Part shown: piece after piece, positions 7,642-16,193 of the stretch
How positions within the stretch are numbered: position 1 is the first letter of the stretch
Layout: the number at the start of each line of letters is the position of its first letter
Assembly (NCBI GenBank): GCA_964560745.1
Contig: CAZLOF010000001.1
Location: 1 to 36,794 of the forward strand
DNA length: 36,794 bases
DNA from: an uncultured Thermoflexus sp.
GTDB taxonomy: Bacteria > Chloroflexota > Anaerolineae > J036 > Brachytrichaceae
Reading direction: 5' to 3'
Position numbers and translations under genes: made by a program
Notes under the pieces: model-generated
Told to the model about the DNA's origin: nothing
Seen by the model: the letters and a program-made list of their open reading frames with translations, nothing else
The model's database searches: none

Positions 7642-8697
7642 GTGCCGAGTCAGCCTATCGCCAAGCATGAGTGGGCGTTTGAATACATGAAATCCACGCA
7701 ATGCAGACTATGTGAGGGCGATTCAGAACGCCTCCATAGCGACCTTAGAGACCGAATTGGTAGCGCCCCCGGGGCGTGGAACCTGAATCGCTGCACCAAC
7801 CCTGACTGTGGTCTAGTCTGGATTGATCCGATGCCGGATGCCGCAACCCTGTCCAAGGCCTACGAGATGTACTACACGCACACCCCGGATAGCGGCGTCT
7901 CGAAATTCCGTCGCCTGTATCTTCGAGCACGGAACAGCTATATCTGCCGAAGATTTGGCTATCCAGTAACAGAAGGCGCCTGGTGGGTCCGGGTCATCGG
8001 CGCATTGATGGCCATCATGCCCCACCGACGCATCGGGATGGATGCCATGGCGATGTGGTTGCCATGGATAAATGAAGGCAGACTGCTTGAGATCGGCTGT
8101 GGCAACGGCAATCGCCTGGCACTGTTCCGGAATCTGGGATGGGAGACCAACGGGATCGAACCAGATGCCGGTGCCGCTCAATTGGCAAGGGCCAAGGGGC
8201 TTAACGTTCTCTCAGCAACGTTGCAACCAGGCGCCATCCCCGCCGCATCCTACAACGTCATCCTCATGAGTCATGTCATCGAGCACGTTTCTGATCCACA
8301 AGAAATAATTCGTGAATGTCATCGCCTGCTCCGACCCGGCGGCTTACTGGTCATGCTGACCCCGAATACTGATAGCCTTGGCCATCGCTGTTTCGGTAGA
8401 GACTGGCTGCATCTCGACCCGCCACGGCACCTGCATTTGTTTAACAGCCGGAACCTGACCAAGCTCTGTACCGACACCGGATTCCGCAACATCCGCACTA
8501 CCACCACCCCACGGGACGCTAACTGGACACTCGGTGCAAGCCTGATCCTGCAACGTGGCAGTCCTTATAAGATTGGACAACTTCCGTTCACCGCCAAGCT
8601 ATTTGGCTTATGCCTGTTTTATATTGAATGGGTTACGCTTTTCTTCCAGCCACACAAGGGAGAAGAAATTCTCGTTATGGCACGCCGCACTGCCTGA
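7642..8697 (+). CDS. class I SAM-dependent methyltransferase with N-terminal Cys-rich (zinc-ribbon-like) segment
   Basis: CRLCEG...CTNPDCG, then LLEIGCGNGNRLALF (motif I) and VILMSHVIEHV...LLRPGGLLV. The start is either GTG 7642 (GGAGGG lies 4 nt upstream) or ATG 7687 (MKSTQCRLCEG). Confidence 0.8.
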   Translation: MPSQPIAKHEWAFEYMKSTQCRLCEGDSERLHSDLRDRIGSAPGAWNLNRCTNPDCGLVWIDPMPDAATLSKAYEMYYTHTPDSGVSKFRRLYLRARNSYICRRFGYPVTEGAWWVRVIGALMAIMPHRRIGMDAMAMWLPWINEGRLLEIGCGNGNRLALFRNLGWETNGIEPDAGAAQLARAKGLNVLSATLQPGAIPAASYNVILMSHVIEHVSDPQEIIRECHRLLRPGGLLVMLTPNTDSLGHRCFGRDWLHLDPPRHLHLFNSRNLTKLCTDTGFRNIRTTTTPRDANWTLGASLILQRGSPYKIGQLPFTAKLFGLCLFYIEWVTLFFQPHKGEEILVMARRTA

Positions 8698-8710
8698 CCA
8701 AAGAAACGAA

Positions 8711-9676
8711 ATGACCCATTACGACATCTTCAACGGCGACGCCGACGGCCTTTGTGCCCTCGTGCAGCTACGTCTAGCGCACCCTCTTGATTCGAATCTC
8801 GTCACCGGCGTCAAACGCGACATCCAATTGCTCGACCGCGTCAATGTCGCCGAAGACGATCACTTCACCGTGCTCGACATCTCGCTCGACAGCAACCGCG
8901 CCGACCTGCAACGGATCCTCGCAGCCGGTGCGCAAGTCGAATGGTTCGATCACCATTACGCCGACCCGATCCCCGCGCATCCTGGCCTGAACGCGCACAT
9001 CGTCACCGCCCCCGACACCTGCACCAGCCTCATTGTCGACCGGCACTTGAGTGGCGCACAACGGCTTTGGGCCATCGCAGGGGCCTTCGGCGACAACCTC
9101 CACCAGAGCGCCGAACAGCTCGCCACGGCCGCAGGGCTTCCCATCGACAAGACCAAACTGCTCCAGGAACTGGGCGAAGCCTTGAACTACAACGCCTACG
9201 GCGAAACCGTCGCCGACTTGCGTTACCCGCCCGAGTTGCTGTTTCACCTGATGATACAGGCAGCCAACCCGTTCGCCTTCATACGGGACTTCCCTCCCTT
9301 CGAGATTCTGCGCAGTGGATTCAATGAAGACATCGGCAACGCGCGCAGCGTCCAACCCCACTCACATACACCTCACGGCACCATTTACATCCTGCCCGAC
9401 ACCAATTGGGCGCGTCGGGTATCCGGTGTCTTCGCCAACGAGTTGGCCGTCGCCCACCCCACCAAGGCGCATGCCATCCTCACCCATAATTCTGGTGGCG
9501 ACTACACCGTCAGCGTCCGCGCACCGAAGGCTAAACCGAGCGGCGCCGATCAACTGTGCCGCCAGTTCCCTACCGGAGGTGGCCGCAAAACTGCAGCTGG
9601 GATCAATCGCTTACCCAAAGAACAACTGGCAAGTTTCGTAGCAGCGTTCGAGCCGCAGTATGGTGGCAAAGAATGA
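8711..9676 (+). CDS. DHH/DHHA1-family phosphoesterase (NrnA-like fold)
   Basis: MTHYDIFNGDADG (DxD), VLDISLD, WFDHHY (the DHH motif) and, near the C-terminus, PTGGGRKTAAG, which is a GGGH-like DHHA1 motif with R in place of H. The track ORF starts at 8555 inside the previous gene. ATG 8711 lies 13 nt after that gene's stop. Confidence 0.75.
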   Translation: MTHYDIFNGDADGLCALVQLRLAHPLDSNLVTGVKRDIQLLDRVNVAEDDHFTVLDISLDSNRADLQRILAAGAQVEWFDHHYADPIPAHPGLNAHIVTAPDTCTSLIVDRHLSGAQRLWAIAGAFGDNLHQSAEQLATAAGLPIDKTKLLQELGEALNYNAYGETVADLRYPPELLFHLMIQAANPFAFIRDFPPFEILRSGFNEDIGNARSVQPHSHTPHGTIYILPDTNWARRVSGVFANELAVAHPTKAHAILTHNSGGDYTVSVRAPKAKPSGADQLCRQFPTGGGRKTAAGINRLPKEQLASFVAAFEPQYGGKE

Positions 9677-12089
9677 AAACGCCGCCCACCAGCGCCAACT
9701 TTTCTCGCCCATGACAGCAATTAACCTGCGCAGGCTCGAATTCGAACTGCGGCGCATTCGGCGGATGCCGTTGCCTACCCTCGCCGGCAAGGTAATAAGC
9801 AAGCTTCTCGGTCTCGGTCTCGGTCTTACCCTGCTGCCGGTTACTGCGCTGCTGCATCTGGCGGGTTACCGCCACGTCACCATCTTCACCGACCGCATTG
9901 GCCACCTGGCCCTGGAACCAGACTGTCTGCTCAAGGAGCATACGCTGGGCCATGTTCCGTACAGAAAATGGATCATGCTCGCACCGCCCGGCCGCGTCGC
10001 CAACGAACACCTCTTGACCTATTGGCAGCCGCACTTCCACATCGTTCGCAGCCGTACCACCTGCTTCCTCATCGCCAGCATGAGCCGTTGGGGGCTGATG
10101 CGTTACAACATCGACCACTATGTTCGCGCCATTGGCCAGGCCCAGGCCGCGTATCGCATCCACGCCGAATGGAACGACCGTCCGCCCCTCCTTGCGTTGT
10201 CGGTCGAAGACCAAGCATGGGGGGCCGAGATGCTTCTAAAACTGGGCTTACCGCAAAGCGCCTGGTTCGTCTGCGTCCACGCCCGCGAATCCGGTTTTTC
10301 GCCCGTGGACGAAGAACTGCACAGCCATCGTAATAGTCGTACCGAAAACACCATTCTCGCAATGCAGGAAATCGTCAAACGCGGAGGATGGGTAATACGG
10401 ATTGGCGACCCTTCGATGCGACCGCTACCGCCGATGGCGCAGGTTATCGACTATGCCCACCATCCGCTGAAATCGCCTCGACTGGACATCATTCTCTGTG
10501 CGAGGGCACGCTTCATTCTCGGCAACACCTCCGGCGTCGCTCTCGTCGGCACGGCATTCGGCGTTCCCTGCGCACTCGTCAACATGGTCCCCATCTCGGC
10601 CATGGGCGTCAGCCCTCAGGATATTTCAATCCCAAAGCTTCACTGGTCCCTGAATGAGGATCGCTATCTTAGTTTCAGCGAAATTTTCGCATCGCATCTT
10701 TCGCGCGCGCAATACGGCCGGGACTTCACTGGCGCTGGCATCCGGGTTGAAGAAAACAGCCCAGAGGACATCAAGCAACTTGCGACTGAAATGCTCGATC
10801 ACCTAGAGGGAAGCGTTGCTGATGCCCACGAATGCAAGACACTGCAGCAGGCATTCCTTGCCTTATTAATGGCCGATCACTACTCGTTCGGGACCACATC
10901 CAGGGTTGGTTCCAGATTTCTCAAACGTCACCGAATGCTCCAAAGCTCCGAGAGGATTTCTATGCTCAACGCCAAACTGGCCGTCCACCACATCGGTGCC
11001 CGAGGCCCCACCCAAGCCTTTCCGACGAACCCAGCTTTCGAGGCTTCTGTAGTCAATGTGCTCTACGAGGCCGATCCCGCCTGCATCGCCGAACTCGAGC
11101 AACTAAACAGCAGCCGTGCAGCAAAGGTGATCATCCTCAACGAATGCGTGTCCGGCACCGGCGGCCTGCGAACATTCTGCGACGCTCACCATGGCTACGG
11201 CAGCTCGTTGCTTGAAGCCAACGCCGAACTCAGGGATCTTTACATCCCAGCGCACTGGATTGACTACGACTACACCGTCTATGAAGCGATCTCAGCCAAG
11301 AGCCGACGCGAGGTAGCCACCAAAACGCTCGACCAGATCACCAATGAAGGCAGTGATATACCGCTACCAGATTTTCTTTCCCTAGACACGCAGGGCACGG
11401 AGCTCGAAATTCTCCAGGGCTCCCCAACCGCGCTGGACGCGGCAGTCTGTATCGTCACAGAAGTCGAGTTTGTACCCCTTTACCAAGACCAACCACTTTT
11501 CGGCGATATCTGTACATTTCTAACCAGCCGTGGCTTCGTCTTCGCCAAACTATTCCAACTACTTAATGGCTCCCTGTATCGGTCCCCATTGGGTCTGCGC
11601 GGCAGCGGCGTTCCCGTGACCACCGACGCCCTCTTCCTGAAGAACCCCCGATCCATCGCTGCATCTAACCGCACAACTCAGGGCAAAGCTATAAGCCTCG
11701 CCAAATTGGCTTTCTTCTCTTTGTCTCAAGGCTATGTTGAGCACGCGCTCTGGGCATTGCATGAAGCTGAGCACTACGCCTGGCGCGAACTCGACTTCGC
11801 CGAACCCTGGTTCAAATTCATGCTGCGATTCTTCGAGTTGACAGAGCGATTTCCAAGGCTAATGCCGGAAACCTTTTTTGAACGCCACGCTGTCACTGCA
11901 ATTGGCAAGACCGAATTCTCAAGGCGTACGGCCGAGCATGTCGGAGAACTCAACAGTTGCTTGGCAGGGATACTGGCACTGTTGCGAGACCACCACTTCA
12001 ACGAAGCGGCCGAGGTATTGCTGCGGCAAGCGGAAATCGACCAGAAGCGGCTCGACTTGCCACCGCTGTTTATAACAGCGAACGCCTAA
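9660..12089 (+). CDS. fusion protein: putative glycosyltransferase domain (TIGR04372-like, from memory) + FkbM-family methyltransferase domain + C-terminal helical region
   Basis: Residues about 70-385 are paralogous to the C-terminal part of the 16194..17948 product (GGWVIRIGDPSMRPL...VIDYAHHPLKSPRLDI...FILGNTSG versus GGWVIRMGDPSMKPL...VIDYAHSTLKTPRADI...FFLGTNSG). Residues about 435-650 carry the FkbM-type pattern LSLDTQGTELEILQGS...VTEVEF. No stop codon separates the domains. The start may be ATG 9660, which overlaps the previous gene by 17 nt, or ATG 9711. Confidence 0.75.
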   Translation: MVAKNENAAHQRQLFSPMTAINLRRLEFELRRIRRMPLPTLAGKVISKLLGLGLGLTLLPVTALLHLAGYRHVTIFTDRIGHLALEPDCLLKEHTLGHVPYRKWIMLAPPGRVANEHLLTYWQPHFHIVRSRTTCFLIASMSRWGLMRYNIDHYVRAIGQAQAAYRIHAEWNDRPPLLALSVEDQAWGAEMLLKLGLPQSAWFVCVHARESGFSPVDEELHSHRNSRTENTILAMQEIVKRGGWVIRIGDPSMRPLPPMAQVIDYAHHPLKSPRLDIILCARARFILGNTSGVALVGTAFGVPCALVNMVPISAMGVSPQDISIPKLHWSLNEDRYLSFSEIFASHLSRAQYGRDFTGAGIRVEENSPEDIKQLATEMLDHLEGSVADAHECKTLQQAFLALLMADHYSFGTTSRVGSRFLKRHRMLQSSERISMLNAKLAVHHIGARGPTQAFPTNPAFEASVVNVLYEADPACIAELEQLNSSRAAKVIILNECVSGTGGLRTFCDAHHGYGSSLLEANAELRDLYIPAHWIDYDYTVYEAISAKSRREVATKTLDQITNEGSDIPLPDFLSLDTQGTELEILQGSPTALDAAVCIVTEVEFVPLYQDQPLFGDICTFLTSRGFVFAKLFQLLNGSLYRSPLGLRGSGVPVTTDALFLKNPRSIAASNRTTQGKAISLAKLAFFSLSQGYVEHALWALHEAEHYAWRELDFAEPWFKFMLRFFELTERFPRLMPETFFERHAVTAIGKTEFSRRTAEHVGELNSCLAGILALLRDHHFNEAAEVLLRQAEIDQKRLDLPPLFITANA

Positions 12090-13954
12090 GGATACTGGGC
12101 TGCCGCGCCCTCAAGCGCCTGCGCCCCGACCTCATCACAGGAGTCGCGACGTAACTGGGCAAGTCCAGCGAAGGCTGCCTGTTCTCTGCCATTGAAGTAC
12201 TGACGACAGAAGTGAATTAGGGGGGTGGGCGCATCGTCGGCCGCCATCTCCGTAACTTTTGCCCGCTCGCGGCGAGGTAACCAGCGGGAAAGCAATGATT
12301 TTTCTGAATTTATGTCAGCCAGAGACACATTAAAGGCGGCCTTCATGCGCTCGGCCCCTTCTACGTAATAGTCACAACCCAGCCGCACCGAATGAGCAGC
12401 GAACACTGCAGCCCAAGGCCAGTCGTTGCGCAATTCGGATAACAACGCTAATTGGAACCAGCAGTCGCCATGCGCCGGGTAGGCTGCGGCAACCTTGGTC
12501 CATAAAGTCATTGCGGCCTCAAACTCACCGGATTTTTTGTACTCCAATGCCCGATCACAGGCTTCCTGATCCGTTAACCAGGCGCCTTCGTGAGTAATTT
12601 TCCCTTGCTCTACTGCAGCCCCGAAAGCCGAGTATTCATGATGCATCGGCAGTGGCGGCAAGCGTTTGAGCAGCAGCAGCTCCTCTTTCGTGCAACGACG
12701 CTCCAGATCCGCCTTGCCAACCATCGCCAAATAAGCAACCAGCAATGCTCTGGAACGCTCGCTGCGATTGATTCGGAAATCATTCCACAAGCGGAAAAAA
12801 GTACCATCGATACCGGACTCAATATTGAAATGGCCGATGTAGTCGGTCAAGCTTGCAAGTCGACGACAGGAAACTCTCCGCCCATCGAATTCATTACCCG
12901 AATGGTCGAGCATGCGTTCCGGTCGCCCCGGGCTGGAGCTTGTCCGATCATCGATTGCGATGCCAACCCAATCTTCCAGCATGACAGCAGCAGCATTCAG
13001 AGTCGCCTGTTTTCGAAGATCGGCAAGCGTCTGCTCATCGGTAACCCGCTTTCCCAGAAAACCGATCCCCTTGGGAAAGTTGCGTATCAGCGGGCAACGG
13101 TGAACCGCGGGGTCGATCTCGAAAGCATTGATTTCCCAACGCTCATCCAAGCCAAACAACCAATCGCCGACTTCCGTTCTTGCAACAGATGCGGGAGTGA
13201 CTGGTGCCATAAAGGAATTGATCGTAAACAGCCAATCCACCTGGCAATCCTGCTGGACAAGCTTCATCCAGGCATTGACAAACGCATTCGGCATTTCGCC
13301 AAATGACCAAACGTTGATTGCCAGGTCAAAATGCTTTCCTGCCAAGACTTGCGGGGCATCGACCACCGGAACCAGGCAAAAATCAGCCTCATGTGCCGTT
13401 TCGGCAGCGCCAACTTCTTGCCATGCAATCGTCGCATCGGGAAAAGCCGCTCGTAAGTAGATCTCGGCGCAGTGCAGCGACTCGGGAATATCGGCAAGCC
13501 AAAAGCGCGTATCCGGATGGAAGCATTTCAATGTGCGCGCAAACCCGCCGTACCCCGATCCGATCTCAAGGACGTTAGCTTTCGTCTCGCCGGGAGGGGG
13601 CCAAATATCGCGAAGCTGCATCGCATAAATTACATAGCGCAGCAGATCTGGGCTTAGCTTGCGGTTGCCCCTGCGGATTATGGTGGCAGCCGGCACGATA
13701 TCCAGTTCAACCAGATCATCAGGCAAGCTGCCAATCTCGACATCAAAGTGCTGGGCAAGGTGCTGCTGTAACCATGTTGCAACAGCGTCGTTGAATTCCG
13801 GCGTCGGATAGGATGTGAATTGGGAGAAATAGCCCAGCTCAAGAATTTGCCGCAACCGGACAACATCAGTCTGATCGGAAGCCAGCAAGTCAGCCATGTT
13901 TGCTGATGCCTGCTGCCAAACGCTACCGTAAGAATTACTTTGCATGGACGCCAA
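12086..13954 (-). CDS. SAM-dependent (putative sugar O-) methyltransferase with C-terminal TPR-like region
   Basis: VLEIGSGYGGFARTL (motif I) and ADIPESL. The C-terminus ACDRALEYKKSGEFEAAMTLWTKVAAAYPAHGDCWFQLALL is TPR-like. 13954 is a TTG; ATG 13945 (MQSNSYGS) is an alternative start. Its stop (12086-12088) overlaps the stop of the convergent plus-strand gene (12087-12089). Confidence 0.7.
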   Translation of the reverse strand: MASMQSNSYGSVWQQASANMADLLASDQTDVVRLRQILELGYFSQFTSYPTPEFNDAVATWLQQHLAQHFDVEIGSLPDDLVELDIVPAATIIRRGNRKLSPDLLRYVIYAMQLRDIWPPPGETKANVLEIGSGYGGFARTLKCFHPDTRFWLADIPESLHCAEIYLRAAFPDATIAWQEVGAAETAHEADFCLVPVVDAPQVLAGKHFDLAINVWSFGEMPNAFVNAWMKLVQQDCQVDWLFTINSFMAPVTPASVARTEVGDWLFGLDERWEINAFEIDPAVHRCPLIRNFPKGIGFLGKRVTDEQTLADLRKQATLNAAAVMLEDWVGIAIDDRTSSSPGRPERMLDHSGNEFDGRRVSCRRLASLTDYIGHFNIESGIDGTFFRLWNDFRINRSERSRALLVAYLAMVGKADLERRCTKEELLLLKRLPPLPMHHEYSAFGAAVEQGKITHEGAWLTDQEACDRALEYKKSGEFEAAMTLWTKVAAAYPAHGDCWFQLALLSELRNDWPWAAVFAAHSVRLGCDYYVEGAERMKAAFNVSLADINSEKSLLSRWLPRRERAKVTEMAADDAPTPLIHFCRQYFNGREQAAFAGLAQLRRDSCDEVGAQALEGAAAQYP

Positions 13955-13959
13955 CTGAA

Positions 13960-16131
13960 CTAACGCTCCCAGCCGTAAAACTCTAACAGATCATCCGAGA
14001 CTAGGCGCTGAACAGAGGTAGTCTGGCCTGATGAAAGGGCTTGCCGCCATTCATCCGTTTGCCCCCCACGGAAATGCAATTTCCCGACAGTTGGAGACTC
14101 TGGATGGGTAAATAATTTTCGGTCAATCGAATAAAAATCCAAGATTGAATTGAAATAGGCTGCGGGGTCATTCACTAGGTCTTCTTGTTTCAAGAAAAGA
14201 ACAGTCGCTTTGATACTACCGCTCTTCACACCGTTCATCCATGTAGTTAGGTACTGAATCTGGCGAGGAAGGTACCAATCAATCGCCCAGTCGATCCTAT
14301 CTTCCAGACTAAGGTGAGATAGCACTCTTGCATAGCTATTGTGGGCTTGGCGACCGACGTGCTCTGGGTCTGCAAGGTAGTGTGCCCACGACATTACGGT
14401 TTGTCTGGGATCGCGAACATGAGCTAATACTTTCGAAAGGGTATTAATTGCGTATGTAGTAACCCCTTCTGGGAAGAAATGACCTTGCACGACAGCGCCA
14501 CCTTTGTTAGCCAGATTGGCGAGCCGCTCCAAATCAATTATTTCCGATGCGTCCTCAGTCCCAGTCCAAGTACTCAATCGAACAGGCTGAAGAGAAAGAC
14601 CAGATGACAAACTCATCCAAATAAATGCTGAGGCCGATTTTGGCAGCGTCGATAGGACGATTAAGAGTGGGGAGTTTTGATCCTCCATTTTCGAGGACAG
14701 TACGCGGGAGAGACTGTTAGCCGCTTTTGTGTCTGCCGTTTCAAGCTGGTTTCTGCCCATTGAGATCAGTGAACTAGCCCGTGGAAGCGAATCGAGATCC
14801 TGAGCAGCCAATTCGGCTGCCGTAAATAAATGCTTGGCAATCGTCAATTCTTTCACCGGCAATGTCAAACACAAAGAATTTGACTCAGTTAAGCCCTCAA
14901 GTGCTCTAGCTTTTTGCTGATGTATCCGCCAATCGTAAGGGAAGTCAACTAGGGCACTGTCCGCAAGCAGGTTGGCCATATCAGACTTTCCGCCCCCGAC
15001 AGCCTCGGCAATTTTGATCACTGCATCGTCCGCCGAAGAAAACTGAGATAAGGAATCAGGTTCAGATCGGGCAGCCACGAAGGATTCGGTTTGGATTGCC
15101 TTCTGGGTATCTAAAACGACATTCCCAGGCGCGGGGTTTGATATTCTTTCCGATGAATGCGGAGCCAGTTCATGTGATGGTGCCCTTTCCGGCTGAGGGG
15201 TATGCAATTTGGAAACCAGCCAATCCACAAAGCCGCGGGGAGGGGGCATGACAACCTCCTTCGGGTCTTGCGTGTCCAGAGGACCAAAATCATCGAGGCC
15301 CTTCAGCCGGAAAGTGCGCCCATTCATTTTCAGGAAGTTATTAATACCAGCCACGACTTCCTGTTCTGTATATGCCCCAGTTGCGACAAAGGGACGATAC
15401 GATCCAATCAAGAGCTGCGCCAAGGACAAGCCACGCTTATCGTCATTAAAGACAGCATCAAATGGAACCACAAAGGGCCAACTGGTACTTTTTTCCAGTA
15501 CTGTGGTGATCAAGGACGACACACCAACGATATTCCGTAGCCCTTCCATGTAGTCAAGATAATCATGAAAAAAATTGCCGCGATCCATCGCCGTCTCATC
15601 GCAAGTTCTGGCCCTGACACTTAGCGCTTTGTAACCGTTCATCCAGATCAGGGCGTGCCAGAATTTTGGCGTCGGGTTCATTAGCCCATGGTTGCCGAGA
15701 CCAAAAAGAGGCACGTCGTTATAGAGAACTCCCCCTTCGGCGCACATCTCGTGCATCAGTGCAAACGTAGCGGCCGGACTGGCGAGGTGCTCGGTAGTGC
15801 CCACGTTGACCACCAGCCCGTATCGACCTCTCGGCCGCGGAATGTCAAAGCGAGCCAAGTCCACGCGGAGAGTGCCGGGGCGTTCGTCAACATCAATGCA
15901 TGTATAGGAAAAACCGGCGCGAAGATAAACTTCGCGTGCCTCAATAACCGAGGGAAACTGGCTAATGGCGAGCAATCGTCCGCCCGGGTTATGTTTGCTG
16001 ATGAACTGATTCAATTGGTCCAGTTCAGCGGTGGAACCTATCGATACGTCCTGCGCGCCGACATCGAGAACTTCTTTCGATGGAAGTTCCAGATTGCCGA
16101 TTTCTTCAAACATTGCTGGGGCGTAGCCCAT
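13960..16131 (-). CDS. fusion protein: methyltransferase-fold N-domain + ~190-aa low-complexity/helical linker + C-terminal sulfotransferase domain
   Basis: N-domain: VLDVGAQDV...LVVNVGTTEHL...EGGVLY. C-terminal domain (about 13963-14670): LPKSASAF (5'-phosphosulfate-loop-like, codons at 14635-14643), VRDPRQTVMSWAHY (3'-phosphate-binding-like) and HFRGGQTDEWRQAL, matching PAPS-dependent sulfotransferase motifs. The start is set at ATG 16131 (MGYAPAMFEE), with GGGAG 7-8 nt upstream. In-frame ATG 16137 and the track start at 16185 are alternatives. Confidence 0.75.
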   Translation of the reverse strand: MGYAPAMFEEIGNLELPSKEVLDVGAQDVSIGSTAELDQLNQFISKHNPGGRLLAISQFPSVIEAREVYLRAGFSYTCIDVDERPGTLRVDLARFDIPRPRGRYGLVVNVGTTEHLASPAATFALMHEMCAEGGVLYNDVPLFGLGNHGLMNPTPKFWHALIWMNGYKALSVRARTCDETAMDRGNFFHDYLDYMEGLRNIVGVSSLITTVLEKSTSWPFVVPFDAVFNDDKRGLSLAQLLIGSYRPFVATGAYTEQEVVAGINNFLKMNGRTFRLKGLDDFGPLDTQDPKEVVMPPPRGFVDWLVSKLHTPQPERAPSHELAPHSSERISNPAPGNVVLDTQKAIQTESFVAARSEPDSLSQFSSADDAVIKIAEAVGGGKSDMANLLADSALVDFPYDWRIHQQKARALEGLTESNSLCLTLPVKELTIAKHLFTAAELAAQDLDSLPRASSLISMGRNQLETADTKAANSLSRVLSSKMEDQNSPLLIVLSTLPKSASAFIWMSLSSGLSLQPVRLSTWTGTEDASEIIDLERLANLANKGGAVVQGHFFPEGVTTYAINTLSKVLAHVRDPRQTVMSWAHYLADPEHVGRQAHNSYARVLSHLSLEDRIDWAIDWYLPRQIQYLTTWMNGVKSGSIKATVLFLKQEDLVNDPAAYFNSILDFYSIDRKLFTHPESPTVGKLHFRGGQTDEWRQALSSGQTTSVQRLVSDDLLEFYGWER

Positions 16132-16193
16132 GTTCATTCTCCCTTTTATTTCCCGCTCCCCGCCGCATGTTGTCGGGAGCTGCACGATTTATT

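Noticed and set aside
8774-9361. A 195-aa minus-strand ORF inside the DHH gene. Similar cases are 9603..10214, 1444..2154, 12590..13306, 15688..16278, 18138..18641, 19619..20212 and 35129..35767.
   Set aside because: All lie antisense to ORFs with clear family motifs. They have skewed, low-complexity composition and lack any motif. I treat them as shadow ORFs.
10962-11609. The possibility that the FkbM methyltransferase part (internal Met, MLNAKLAVHH) is a separate gene from the upstream glycosyltransferase-like part.
   Set aside because: No stop codon separates them in frame, and there is no obvious SD before the internal ATG. I treat it as a genuine fusion, although internal initiation cannot be excluded.
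16155-16180. A GCTCCC ... GGGAGC inverted repeat in the 62-nt gap upstream of the MTase-sulfotransferase gene.
   Set aside because: The stem is only 6 bp with a 14-nt loop, and no U-tract follows on the transcribed (minus) strand. It is too weak to call a terminator or a riboregulator.
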